Source: a virus
Direction: 5' to 3' (one strand)
IMG/VR virus record: IMGVR_UViG_3300023179_000041
Coordinates: 42,279-106,278 of that record
Length of the DNA: 64,000 bases
Positions 39,520 to 48,927 of the stretch are shown piece by piece. The notes beneath the pieces were generated by a model, which saw nothing but the letters and a program-made list of their open reading frames with translations, did no database searches and had not been told where the DNA came from. The first letter of the stretch is position 1, and each line of letters begins with the position of its first letter. The translations under genes were made by a program, and so were the position numbers.

Positions 39520-40045
39520 AGTTGTTCTTCTTCAATCTAGCGACCATCACGTCCTTTTCCAACTGCGTGAGTGGTCTTTTGTATGGTGTGTGTCTCTTGG
39601 AGTACTTGCAATTATGTTTCTTCATCGCGGCCTTTAGTTGTTTTAATTTCTCCCGACCAAAAAACAGAAGTACCAAATGCTGATATACGCGGCAAAACTC
39701 TCTTCCGTGTTCCTGTACATCTGCCGGAGTGAATAGATGCGCGAGTTCGTGGAGGATGGTGTGTTTATTTCGGAACTTGCGCGGGAATGAAACCCACATC
39801 TTGTCCGGAAGTATGCGGGCCCATGCCTTACGAGAGCCATCACCCTTGGATATCTTGAGCGGGATACGTCCAGATACGATATCGCGGGCCACTGGGTATC
39901 TTTTTTGGACCCGCCAGTTCGATAAAACTTTCCAAATGTATGCCTCGGCATCCCCCATGGTCTTGAATTCCATTGTCGGCCAGCCAAAGCACTCCCACTC
40001 CGCTGCGTAGAGGCGGCTTCTCTGGTTGTCTCGCGGGCGCGGCAT
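39443..40045 (-). CDS. SprT-like / Rv0185-family HExxH metallohydrolase
   Basis: RDNQRSRLYAAE; ILHELAH...HGREF. Confidence 0.75.
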   Translation of the reverse strand: MPRPRDNQRSRLYAAEWECFGWPTMEFKTMGDAEAYIWKVLSNWRVQKRYPVARDIVSGRIPLKISKGDGSRKAWARILPDKMWVSFPRKFRNKHTILHELAHLFTPADVQEHGREFCRVYQHLVLLFFGREKLKQLKAAMKKHNCKYSKRHTPYKRPLTQLEKDVMVARLKKNNYGNKSQMEHAQHHALLHAHRQGIQR

Positions 40046-40270
40046 GAAAACAGTTTAGAGAAACGGCAAAAGCAGAATAAACCCATTCCGGCTGGAACAC
40101 CATTTTTTTGGGACAGAGGCAGAAAAGTTTGTGATTGTGCGCACTTTCACAAACGAGGGCTCAAAATGATTTTACCGAGAGCAAAAATATTTTTTGAAAG
40201 AGGTTGTCGCATGCTCTATCACGCTGTATCATGGATAGTGTCCCTAGACAACTCAAGAAATGAGAACCCA

Positions 40271-40480
40271 ATGAAAGAGTACAGAATCACCACCATGGTC
40301 ACCGTGGATGTTTTGGCCGCAAGTGAGACCCTTGCCGTCAAGTACGCCCTGGATGAGATTGACGACCACATCAGAAACAGAGAAGACACCAAGTCTGTTA
40401 AGAACCCAGTCGTTACCGGCATTGCTCAGACCTTGGATGGCGAGTTCATGGTTTTTGAACAGAAGCGTGCTAGAGCCTGA
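40271..40480 (+). CDS. small hypothetical protein
   Basis: downstream of promoter at 40204. Confidence 0.65.
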   Translation: MKEYRITTMVTVDVLAASETLAVKYALDEIDDHIRNREDTKSVKNPVVTGIAQTLDGEFMVFEQKRARA

Positions 40481-40519
40481 TATAATATGATAACAACACA
40501 ATACGAGGAGGTGAAACAA

Positions 40520-40720
40520 ATGAGCATTGACTTAGACGCCCGCGTGGAAGAAGCGGTAGACGTGGGTCTTGAAGCCTTCTGGGCTGCCATCGTGGAGAAG
40601 TTCCCCGAGTCGCAATCCGGAGACTTTGACCCGATGCTAGAAGGTGCAATGTATGCAGATATGTCCGCATACCTTCGCCACTGGCTTACACTCAATACCA
40701 ACCTAATTCCAAAGGAGTAA
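40520..40720 (+). CDS. small hypothetical protein
   Basis: GAGGAGG SD. Confidence 0.7.
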   Translation: MSIDLDARVEEAVDVGLEAFWAAIVEKFPESQSGDFDPMLEGAMYADMSAYLRHWLTLNTNLIPKE

Positions 40721-40724
40721 ACGA

Positions 40725-41015
40725 ATGTCCTTAATCAGGAACAAATGGTTTTGGTGGTTTGTCGTTCTGGTGTTGTCCTTCGGTGTGCTGCCGGTGACGA
40801 ATGCGTCGCCGATGTTGGTCGCCATGGCAATGCTGTGGGCAATCTTTTTCCCAACCATGCAATTCACTGGAGGAGTATTTAAGTTCCTCAAGTTTCATCA
40901 ATTCCCAACCCCATTTCAACTACTGAAAGGATTCAAGCGCATATGGCCCGCCGTAAGAAAAGGTCCCGTCGTCACGCGAGTGCACCGACCACGCCCATCG
41001 TCACGTACACCGTGA
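40725..41015 (+). CDS. small membrane protein
   Basis: AAGGAG SD; two hydrophobic segments. Confidence 0.55.
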   Translation: MSLIRNKWFWWFVVLVLSFGVLPVTNASPMLVAMAMLWAIFFPTMQFTGGVFKFLKFHQFPTPFQLLKGFKRIWPAVRKGPVVTRVHRPRPSSRTP

Positions 41016-41197
41016 CAGTGGCGCACGAGCCGAATGCTGAGTGTGATGCGTGCTGCATGCCGCGGCCAACGCTCATCGAGCAGGAAAGCGGCGCATGGAT
41101 TTGCGAGATGTGCGCCGGGCTCTCAAGAGGCGGCGGTGCGTTTTGGAGCATGGCATTCTTCAATGGAATCTACGATGCAGCAGGAGACGGCTGGTGA
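40943..41197 (+). CDS. small Zn-finger protein
   Basis: CxxC...CxxC. Confidence 0.55.
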   Translation: MARRKKRSRRHASAPTTPIVTYTVTVAHEPNAECDACCMPRPTLIEQESGAWICEMCAGLSRGGGAFWSMAFFNGIYDAAGDGW

Positions 41198-41694
41198 AAA
41201 TAACCGACGACATCATCGAAAACAAGAACGCAGAACTGTGGAAGGATGCAGCGCTTAAGTACGGGACGAAATTCAAAGTTCCGAATAGCGAGCAGCAGCG
41301 CATCGGCGAACTTATCCGCGGGCTGTGCGTGATGCAGGTTTGGCAAAAAACGCCATCGGCCGGCAACATAGTGCGGTTTATGCGCGATTACTCGATTGCC
41401 CAGCCGGTAATCGAGTATCTCGTCACAGAGTACCTGGGGAAAGAACGGTTGAAAGAAGCGGTCCAAGAAAAGAAACCTGAGAAGCGCGCCGACAAGTGGA
41501 AAGCCCTTGAGGAGTGGTGCAAAAACAACACTTACAAGGAAGTAACCACCGAAGAGATTGTCGGCCTTTCGGGATTTTCTTATCCAACAGTTCTAAACTA
41601 TCTTAAAACTTCCCCATACTTCCGCAAAATACAGCGGGGCTCGTGGGAAGTGAGGGACCCCAAAGCGGATAGAGAACGAGAGAAGAATGGCTAA
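41194..41694 (+). CDS. wHTH-like protein
   Basis: GGAG SD, GTG start; EEIVGLSGFSYPTV...F.KI.RG.W. Confidence 0.6.
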   Translation: MKITDDIIENKNAELWKDAALKYGTKFKVPNSEQQRIGELIRGLCVMQVWQKTPSAGNIVRFMRDYSIAQPVIEYLVTEYLGKERLKEAVQEKKPEKRADKWKALEEWCKNNTYKEVTTEEIVGLSGFSYPTVLNYLKTSPYFRKIQRGSWEVRDPKADREREKNG

Positions 41695-42148
41695 GAAGTC
41701 AACTGAGCGCATCGTACTGATGGACTTGAACGTGGCTTTGTCGTCCAACTTCAGCGAGATGCGTAATCATGCCTTTGAAGACTTCGTAAACAATCACGAG
41801 GACTATCGGAAGTGGATGACGGAACTACTTGACCCGGAATTTACGATTCTGATTACGGCGCGCAACATCAAGTGGGCCATTCCCACGTTGAAGCGCATAT
41901 ATGACCGTACCGGATGGCAGCCAGACCTCGCCCTCTTTAACGACACAGACATCGATGGCCAAGATGCTCCGGCAATCAAGGAGTATCAGATGGTCAATCG
42001 AGTATTCAAGAAATTCGGGAATGACACAGGTAAATACCACGCCATTGACTCAAACGCGAATACGCGGGCGATGTACAAGCGGCTTGGGCTGAGCAGCGTG
42101 CATGACTGTGCGCGCGGCAAGGACATGTGGTTCAGGCTCCCCTTTTAA
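41687..42148 (+). CDS. HAD-superfamily (PNK-phosphatase-like) protein
   Basis: VLMDLN, ILITAR, K, AIDSN...MY; second Asp of motif I replaced by Asn. Confidence 0.55.
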   Translation: MAKKSTERIVLMDLNVALSSNFSEMRNHAFEDFVNNHEDYRKWMTELLDPEFTILITARNIKWAIPTLKRIYDRTGWQPDLALFNDTDIDGQDAPAIKEYQMVNRVFKKFGNDTGKYHAIDSNANTRAMYKRLGLSSVHDCARGKDMWFRLPF

Positions 42149-42171
42149 CAAAACAAAGAAAGACATAAAAC

Positions 42172-42414
42172 ATGACAAGGAAGACGGAGTTCCGGCAGCC
42201 GCCGGGACCACGAAACGGCAGCCCATTTCAGGTTGCGCGTTTCGTAGACAAACTCAAAGAGACTCCTGGCGAGTGGGCGGTGTACTGCACCGGCAACATC
42301 GCGCGCACGGGTCACTCCAAAGCACAGCAATACAAGAAGCGATATCCGGGTACGGAATGGATTGTGCGACGCGAAGAAGGCGGCTACACCGTCTTTGGAA
42401 GATGGGTGGGGTAG
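42172..42414 (+). CDS. small hypothetical protein
   Basis: LKETPGEWA...VFGRWVG. Confidence 0.65.
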   Translation: MTRKTEFRQPPGPRNGSPFQVARFVDKLKETPGEWAVYCTGNIARTGHSKAQQYKKRYPGTEWIVRREEGGYTVFGRWVG

Positions 42415-42424
42415 ATTGCCGCAC

Positions 42425-42688
42425 ATGAAACCAATCACCGTGAGTGCTGCGGCAAATACCCGTAGTGATGGATTGCGCATCGTTGCAGTTTTGCGCGAAC
42501 TCGATGAAACAGGAGAACTCCTGTTACATGAAGCAAAGAAGGGAATGGGGTGGACGGTCACGGGCTATGTGTGCTTGTCCCTCGACAATCTTCGCAAACT
42601 ACGAAATCGTTTCAACGACATGGGTGTACTTGCCTCGGTGAAGGATGCTGACCGGCCACATGGCCCAAGGGAACGGCCTGCGCAGTAA
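42425..42688 (+). CDS. small hypothetical protein
   Basis: ORF ends inside repeat copy 3. Confidence 0.45.
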   Translation: MKPITVSAAANTRSDGLRIVAVLRELDETGELLLHEAKKGMGWTVTGYVCLSLDNLRKLRNRFNDMGVLASVKDADRPHGPRERPAQ

Positions 42689-42759
42689 AATAAAACCATT
42701 TCTACTGGAACACCATTTTTTGGGCTAGGGGCAAAATGAGACACTATTGCCGAAGTGTC

Positions 42760-42915
42760 TCACGGTAAACAGTTGAGACTGAACCAATCCTTTATTTTCT
42801 GCCAACGCGACCTATTTTCCCAATCGCGCATAGCCAGTTTCAGGCGCACATACAGGAGTTTTATTTCATCGTCGGTCATATTTTCCAGTTTGGTGTTGAA
42901 TGTTTGTTTGTCCAT
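42760..42915 (-). CDS. small hypothetical protein on opposite strand
   Basis: GAAAGG SD; hairpin TGAGACACT/AGTGTCTCA at its end. Confidence 0.45.
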   Translation of the reverse strand: MDKQTFNTKLENMTDDEIKLLYVRLKLAMRDWENRSRWQKIKDWFSLNCLP

Positions 42916-42985
42916 ACCCTTTCTACGCACGAACTTTTTGGGGTGTGACGTTGGCAAATAAGATTCTTTGTGCTACAATGGGTGT

Positions 42986-43234
42986 ATGAATCAAACTTAT
43001 GTGCTCCAAAAAACCAATGATAAGGGATACCGGCGATTCGCAGCAAAGGTCTTAGGCGACCGAGGCGGAACCACCAACACCCTTCGCAATGCCTTGACTT
43101 GGGATAGTTTTGCCAATGCTGAGACTTTCCGTATTATCCATAACCTGACTCAGTTTGATGTTGTCCTTTCAGACAATACGGACGACGAGCAGACAGAAGT
43201 GCGCGCGTATTGGGCTGCCAAGAATGGAAAATAA
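42986..43234 (+). CDS. small hypothetical protein, leaderless
   Basis: ATG 7 nt after TACAAT. Confidence 0.65.
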   Translation: MNQTYVLQKTNDKGYRRFAAKVLGDRGGTTNTLRNALTWDSFANAETFRIIHNLTQFDVVLSDNTDDEQTEVRAYWAAKNGK

Positions 43235-43541
43235 ACCAGACTGGACGGATATGCTCCTTGCGCCACCCGAAAGTATCCCCGACTACATAATCGAAGACCA
43301 CGAAGACTGGTGGATTTGTAAGTGTAAGAACCAGCCAGACTCAGATGGGTTTAGTCCTTGTAGTCCTATCGGCGCGCGTTGCGAGCCAGATGACGACAGT
43401 TGGGACGGAACCCACTACCTATGTGAACGGTGTTTTCGTATCATCGACCAACATACACTTCAGATAATGGGTATCCCCTCAGACGAAGTAATCCAACAGA
43501 ACGAGTCGTATCGTTGGCACGATGTGTCCTTATTTGACTGA
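43224..43541 (+). CDS. Cys-rich small protein
   Basis: CKC.N.P..DGF.PC...CERC.RII. Confidence 0.65.
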   Translation: MENKPDWTDMLLAPPESIPDYIIEDHEDWWICKCKNQPDSDGFSPCSPIGARCEPDDDSWDGTHYLCERCFRIIDQHTLQIMGIPSDEVIQQNESYRWHDVSLFD

Positions 43542-43618
43542 TAAGGTTGCTAAGTGTGCTACAATATGATACAATCTAAGTGTAAGCAATAATCAACTCA
43601 ACAAGAAAAGAGAAACTA

Positions 43619-43936
43619 ATGGCTACTACAACTATGGAAGATTACTGGCTTGATGTCGCAGAGGCGTGTCATGCGGCGCACCTCATCGCGTGGGATACGT
43701 GCCACAAGATTTATCTCGCTATGGACAAAACTCAGGCTGACTGGTTTGAGGAAAACTATCTCACTGAGCGCGGCACTCCAGAAGAAATGCTGGAAACTCT
43801 CAAGCGTTGGTACGAGCGTTCGTGCTGGCTTAGGTTCATTTCGGCGGTAGAAACCAACGAGGCTGACCCCAACGAAGGCTTCACCGACCTCATTCCTCAA
43901 GGCGCGGAAGAAGAAGAAGAGGAGGAGTATGCGTGA
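43619..43936 (+). CDS. acidic small protein
   Basis: own promoter; WDTCHKIYL. Confidence 0.7.
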   Translation: MATTTMEDYWLDVAEACHAAHLIAWDTCHKIYLAMDKTQADWFEENYLTERGTPEEMLETLKRWYERSCWLRFISAVETNEADPNEGFTDLIPQGAEEEEEEEYA

Positions 43937-44142
43937 TGGAGAAAATTAACGTCATCCGCACCTTCACCTACGATGTCGCGGCAGTCAAAGAGTCAATTCG
44001 GGAACTTAACCACGACCCTGAGTTAGAAGTGTCTGACGACGAAGTGATGGACTTGGTCTATGGGTGGGCATATGAAGATATGCGCTCAGTCCCGTCCCGT
44101 CACGAACTCATCTTCCAAGATGAGGATGGCAACGATATCTAG
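43933..44142 (+). CDS. acidic small protein
   Basis: GGAGGAG SD. Confidence 0.65.
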   Translation: MMEKINVIRTFTYDVAAVKESIRELNHDPELEVSDDEVMDLVYGWAYEDMRSVPSRHELIFQDEDGNDI

Positions 44143-44201
44143 GTTGTAAAACCACCTACAATGTGCTACAATGTAATCAACCCAATAGAAAGGCAAACAC
44201 A

Positions 44202-44441
44202 ATGAACAAATATGTAGTTCGCGTCACCGCGTCCCTTGATATCTCCTATGTAATTGAGGGAGAGGATATGGACGACGCGATGGAAAACTCTCTTGACCGC
44301 TTTGACCCCAAGAATATTGTCGGAATAGACCACATTCATTGGGACAAGCCGTGGGACATTGAGGAGTACGCCGTAGGCGCGCCCCACCGTGTCCTTACAG
44401 AGAAAGAACTGAAGCCCTATCAGGAAGCAGGAATCATCTGA
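44202..44441 (+). CDS. small hypothetical protein
   Basis: own promoter and GAAAGG SD. Confidence 0.65.
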   Translation: MNKYVVRVTASLDISYVIEGEDMDDAMENSLDRFDPKNIVGIDHIHWDKPWDIEEYAVGAPHRVLTEKELKPYQEAGII

Positions 44442-44797
44442 TGGGCGCAGACTTCTTTCTATGTGTCCTCGAAATAAAACACACAAAGAGTGTCGCTCTG
44501 GCAAAGGCGAAAGACCTGAACCTGACCAAAGACGACTTTCATACCTTTGAGGACGCAGGCATTTGGTTTGACTGGACTGGCGATGACGCAGAACTGGTTA
44601 AAGAGATGCGTGCGAGGCTCCTAGAGGCTGTGGAGGCCGTTTATAGCGCAACCCAGCGTCGCGACTGTTCATACTTCTATGTGGACGGCGACAGGGTGTT
44701 CTACGCCACCGGTGGGACTTCGTGGGGCGGCGAACCAAGCGATGTCTGGGACGACTTCCTCCTTGTCCAGCAATACTCCAAAGAAATCTTGGAGTAG
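44441..44797 (+). CDS. hypothetical protein
   Basis: TGATG coupling; TGGTSWG motif. Confidence 0.7.
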   Translation: MGADFFLCVLEIKHTKSVALAKAKDLNLTKDDFHTFEDAGIWFDWTGDDAELVKEMRARLLEAVEAVYSATQRRDCSYFYVDGDRVFYATGGTSWGGEPSDVWDDFLLVQQYSKEILE

Positions 44798-44866
44798 AGG
44801 TTGGCAAGTGTGCTACAATGTGCTACAATGTAAGTAATAACCAAACTCAATGAAAGGGAATACACA

Positions 44867-45346
44867 ATGGGATTAGACCAATACCTCTACGCAAAGAAAT
44901 ACTCTTGCCCGAACGACATAACTGGCAACGAGCGTTGGAAGCAGATGAACGCTGACTTCTCAAAGTTTAAGAAGTTGCTTGGCGACGACGCTAAATACAT
45001 TCATAAAGAGTTGCCAAGTATTTCTGTCGAGATGAAAATCGGCTATTGGCGCAAGGCAAATGCCATTCACCAATGGTTCGTGGACAACTGCCAGAAGGGT
45101 GAGGACGACTGCCGTGAAGCCTATGTGTCTCGTGAACAACTTGAGGAACTCTTGGGAGTAGTCAATAAAGTCCTTGCTGACCACAGCAAGGCTGATGAAC
45201 TACTGCCAACACAGTCAGGTTTCTTCTTCGGCTCAACCGAGTACGACGAGTATTACTTTGGCGACCTTGAACTGACCAAGAAGATACTGAAGAACGCCCT
45301 CTCTATGCCGAAAGAGTGGGACTTCGGATACTCAAGTTCTTGGTAA
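44867..45346 (+). CDS. conserved phage protein (MGLD...YWRKAN family)
   Basis: MGLDQY, YWRKANAIHQWF, LLPT.SGFFFGST.YD, YSSSW. Confidence 0.8.
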   Translation: MGLDQYLYAKKYSCPNDITGNERWKQMNADFSKFKKLLGDDAKYIHKELPSISVEMKIGYWRKANAIHQWFVDNCQKGEDDCREAYVSREQLEELLGVVNKVLADHSKADELLPTQSGFFFGSTEYDEYYFGDLELTKKILKNALSMPKEWDFGYSSSW

Positions 45347-45354
45347 TAACTAAA

Positions 45355-45463
45355 CACATAAGGGCAGATGACTTGGCTGGGGCGGGACGCCGCTACTTCC
45401 AGTAATGGATGTCGTTGCCGATGCTGAAAAGATGGCTGAAATAAACCATCGTTCCCTTGTGTG
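45355..45463 (+). ncRNA. candidate structured RNA (multi-stem)
   Basis: CACATAAGGG/CCCTTGTGTG closing stem with nested hairpins; no ORF in track. Confidence 0.4.
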
Positions 45464-45501
45464 AAGTTGTAAAACGACAAGAAAGGTGATACAATATCAT
45501 T

Positions 45502-45726
45502 ATGGACAAGACAACCAAATACGAAAACATAATCAACAGTATTATCAACGCCATTACCCATCACGGCGACCTCGCCACTGATGGAGAGTGCCTAGATGAG
45601 GTTTGGGGAGTTCTTGAGCAGGCTGGCTACGGCGAGCAACTCAGGAAAGTCCAAGCCGAACAAGAAGCCGACCACTTGGCGTTCATAGAAGCAAACCGCG
45701 TTCGGAGTGGTGGCGATGACGACTGA
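45502..45726 (+). CDS. small hypothetical protein, leaderless
   Basis: ATG 7 nt after TACAAT; TDGECLD. Confidence 0.65.
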   Translation: MDKTTKYENIINSIINAITHHGDLATDGECLDEVWGVLEQAGYGEQLRKVQAEQEADHLAFIEANRVRSGGDDD

Positions 45727-45982
45727 CCTTTGTGTTTACTGTCATCGCTCAACGGCGTTCGGTAGCGGCAACGGCCTGTTCGTGAACCGTATTCCAGTCG
45801 ATGACGGCTGGGGTTGCGCGGAATGCTCAGGCTTTGAGTGCGACGAGTGCGGAGAACAGATTTATCTGGACTCAGAAGTTCGCGTCGAGGGCTACGACGA
45901 AGGCAAATATCTGTACGGCAACTATCACCAAGAGTGCTACAACAGAACAAAACACGGCGACGCAAGTTATGGTGTCGTATGA
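45716..45982 (+). CDS. small Zn-binding protein
   Basis: three CxxC; FVNRIP. Confidence 0.65.
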   Translation: MTTDLCVYCHRSTAFGSGNGLFVNRIPVDDGWGCAECSGFECDECGEQIYLDSEVRVEGYDEGKYLYGNYHQECYNRTKHGDASYGVV

Positions 45983-46067
45983 AAGACATACTCGTGGTCA
46001 TTGCCCTGTTCGCTGTTCTTGCGGCTGTATTGGCCATTTACATCAAAACAAACGAAAGAGATACACA

Positions 46068-46298
46068 ATGAGCATTGTCTATTGTGATGCTTGTAGCGGG
46101 ACGTGGTTTCTTGACGCCCCGGTACGCATCGATACGCAAGGCTGGGATGACGCCGACTGGAATGCGTGGGACAATGTGATGTCCGACGCCGAACGCGGCG
46201 ACTACGCAGATAAATACGCGCACGCACAAATGTACGGCACTGTCGACAAAATGCCTTCTCCTCAAGAATATTCTCGTGGACAGGTTGGAGATGGCTGA
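46068..46298 (+). CDS. small hypothetical protein
   Basis: GAAAGAG SD-like. Confidence 0.55.
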   Translation: MSIVYCDACSGTWFLDAPVRIDTQGWDDADWNAWDNVMSDAERGDYADKYAHAQMYGTVDKMPSPQEYSRGQVGDG

Positions 46299-46362
46299 TT
46301 ATTGTGCTACAATGTAAGTGTAAGCAATAACCAATAACCAACTCAATGAAAGGGAATACAAA

Positions 46363-47037
46363 ATGCCAAACTGGTGCTACAACGAATTAGAAGTCCACGG
46401 CGAAACAAGCGAACTCCAAAGGTTCGTTGACGCCACCAAGACCACCTACAAGGATGAGGAGACTGGCGAGACCAAAAAAGAAGTTGGTCTCAACCACCTC
46501 TTTCCTTGCCCCAAAGAACTGTCCGACACCGTGTCTGGCTTTCTGGGTGACGGAGAAGAACAGAAGAAACTGGAAGAACAGCAAAAGCGCAACATCGAGA
46601 AGTACGGTCACCAAGACTGGTATTCGTGGTGTAATGCCAATTGGGGAACCAAGTGGGGTGCTTGCGACTTTGACTGGACTTCATTCTTTGACGACAAGAT
46701 GGAAGAAAAAGCACAATACATTGGCGCCTACTTCCAGAGTGCGTGGTCGCCTGCTGAAGGTCTCATCAAAGAGATTTCCAAGCAGTTCCCAACTCTGGTG
46801 TTCTCGCTTGTTTACACAGAAGAAAGCCACGCCTTCGCAGGGTGCTCAGTCTTCCGTGACGGCAAACTTCTGGCAGAAGAAGGTGAAGAGCCACAGATGC
46901 CAGAAGGCTTAGAAGAACTTGCCGAGAAAGAAGATATGGACGACTACTACGAGGCAATGAGCGACTGGCAAAACGAATACTCGGACAAGTATCGAGAGAT
47001 GCGTGACTCCCTAGTTGCCAATGCCCTTGGCATTTAG
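46363..47037 (+). CDS. DUF1281/YubB (Api92-like ferredoxin-fold) protein
   Basis: MPNWCYN, DWYSWC..NWGTKW, F.SAWSP. Confidence 0.8.
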   Translation: MPNWCYNELEVHGETSELQRFVDATKTTYKDEETGETKKEVGLNHLFPCPKELSDTVSGFLGDGEEQKKLEEQQKRNIEKYGHQDWYSWCNANWGTKWGACDFDWTSFFDDKMEEKAQYIGAYFQSAWSPAEGLIKEISKQFPTLVFSLVYTEESHAFAGCSVFRDGKLLAEEGEEPQMPEGLEELAEKEDMDDYYEAMSDWQNEYSDKYREMRDSLVANALGI

Positions 47038-47041
47038 GGGT

Positions 47042-47294
47042 CAATATGTGGGGGGTGACAGGTTGTCACCTCCACTACATATAGTATGTGACATCCGACA
47101 CAAGTAGTGACAGGTTGTCACCCTGGGGTGTCAGGCTGTCACCCCCTAGGTGACAGGTTGTCACCCCCTAGGTGTCAGGCTGTCACCCGCAAATATGGTA
47201 CAAATCTCGGGAAACCCTTACCCAGTAAGGGTTTGAGCCTGTACCATAGATATCTAACCGTCACTTAACCGTCACTATAACCGTCACTTAACCA
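47042..47294. repeat. iteron array / putative replication origin
   Basis: 5 x RGTGWCAGGYTGTCACC at 47054, 47106, 47127, 47149, 47171; imperfect palindrome 47194-47248; 3 x TAACCGTCACT. Confidence 0.75.
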
Positions 47295-47391
47295 CAAAGC
47301 GCGAGTGACCTCGCGCACAGAGGTTGTGGTGATGTCAAACAGTATGTATAATGAAGATGTAATACCAACACACATAGAAAGCAGAAAAGCA

Positions 47392-47556
47392 ATGAGCAAG
47401 ACCAAGACGGCGTCAAAGCCTAAGTACCCACTCATCGCCTTCCGTCTCTCGGAGGATATGGCGCGTCAAATCGCGACCGCATCCAAAGAGGACAAGGTAA
47501 GCAAGTCGGCAGTCATCAAGTCCGCTATTGAGGCTTACCTCAAGAAGCGCGGATAA
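47392..47556 (+). CDS. ribbon-helix-helix (CopG-like) regulator
   Basis: IAFRLSEDM...I...S....VSKSAVIKSAIEAYL. Confidence 0.75.
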   Translation: MSKTKTASKPKYPLIAFRLSEDMARQIATASKEDKVSKSAVIKSAIEAYLKKRG

Positions 47557-47780
47557 CGTAGCGTCCCTTGCGGCTGGGCAATCAGCCCCAAGGGAACGGC
47601 CGCACTGTAAATTAAATCCAATTTATCTGGAACACCATTTTTTGGGCCAGAGGCAAAAACCAAAGTAGCCGGGTCAGGCAAGAACCACATCCGCGAACAT
47701 ATTCTTTCGGGAAGGTTGCAAACCTGACTCGGCTATGGTACAATGTAGTTGTGGCACAACACCCACAGAAAGAAAAAATA

Positions 47781-48014
47781 ATGAACAACGCAATGAACAA
47801 AAAGGCACTGCTTGAAGTTGCAAGCCGAGTAAAGAGCCTGCGTGAGACCAACGGTCTCTCACAGGGTCAGTTGGCTGAGAGCGCAGGCATTGACCGCAAA
47901 ACCATCAACAGAATCGAGAACGGTCACTTCTCGCCGTCACTAGATACATTTTTCCGTATCTGCTACGCGCTTGATACCCGACCAGAAAAACTCGTGACGG
48001 GAATCAAGGTATGA
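47781..48014 (+). CDS. XRE-family HTH regulator
   Basis: LR...GLSQ.QLAE.AGIDRKTINRIENG...PSL. Confidence 0.9.
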   Translation: MNNAMNKKALLEVASRVKSLRETNGLSQGQLAESAGIDRKTINRIENGHFSPSLDTFFRICYALDTRPEKLVTGIKV

Positions 48015-48235
48015 GCAATACCAAAGTCAAAGGCAAGGCTCACTACGCTCAGTCACTTGTTGGCAAAACAATCGTCAGCGTTCGCTATCTTTCAGAAGCA
48101 GAGATGGAAAACCTAGGTTGGTTCCCAACGGGCGACCCGACGTGCGTAATCTCGTTTAACGACGACACATACGCGCTCGTGCAATCCGACCCAGAAGGCA
48201 ATGGCACAGGCTTCCTAGACATTGGTCGCTACTAA
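48011..48235 (+). CDS. small hypothetical protein
   Basis: LVGKTI.SVRY...SDPEGNG.G. Confidence 0.65.
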   Translation: MSNTKVKGKAHYAQSLVGKTIVSVRYLSEAEMENLGWFPTGDPTCVISFNDDTYALVQSDPEGNGTGFLDIGRY

Positions 48236-48408
48236 TGTCTGAACCCGTGACGGGCGATAAATACGAAGCAGCAAGAAAACTCGTGGATGAGGCTCTGTCG
48301 GAAATCTCCGGCAGAGACCTTGTCTCATCCGCAGAGATGACTGACCTACTCCTAGACATTCGTCTACATTTAGCAGCAGAAGAAGTTGCAACACAACCAA
48401 CTTCGTGA
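48235..48408 (+). CDS. small hypothetical protein (57 aa)
   Basis: TAATG coupling; below ORF track cutoff. Confidence 0.5.
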   Translation: MSEPVTGDKYEAARKLVDEALSEISGRDLVSSAEMTDLLLDIRLHLAAEEVATQPTS

Positions 48409-48456
48409 TACAATCTAAGTGTAAGCAATAACCAACTCAACAGAAAGAAAAACAAA

Positions 48457-48927
48457 ATGGGATACTTTGTACAGACAACCAATAACGACATAACCATCAA
48501 GAAAGAAAACTTTGTCAAGTGCTACGAGGCGATGTGCGCCCTCAACCAGCATGATGACTTGAAGCGTGGCGGCTCATACGGCGGCGATGGTGTGGACGCT
48601 CGTAGTCCACGACCAGAAGGTTTGGACTATCACCCCGCCAAATGGTTTTCGTGGATGCCAGCGGATTACCCTCACCAATACAAGACCTTTGAGGAAATCA
48701 TCAAGGCTCTTGGCTTTGACGCTGACTACAACCAAGATGGTGACCTCAGCGCTATCTACTACGACAACAAGATGGGTTCAGAAGACCTGTTCTTCCAGGC
48801 AATCGCCAAGTATGTCGAGAAAGATAGTTTCATTGATTGGCGTGGCGAAGACGGTGCCGAGTGGCGTTGGTTATTCAACGGCGACAGCATTGTGACGCAA
48901 AGCCTCATCAGAAAGGTTTGGGCATGA
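48457..48927 (+). CDS. hypothetical protein
   Basis: own promoter; W.GEDG..WRW.F. Confidence 0.75.
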   Translation: MGYFVQTTNNDITIKKENFVKCYEAMCALNQHDDLKRGGSYGGDGVDARSPRPEGLDYHPAKWFSWMPADYPHQYKTFEEIIKALGFDADYNQDGDLSAIYYDNKMGSEDLFFQAIAKYVEKDSFIDWRGEDGAEWRWLFNGDSIVTQSLIRKVWA

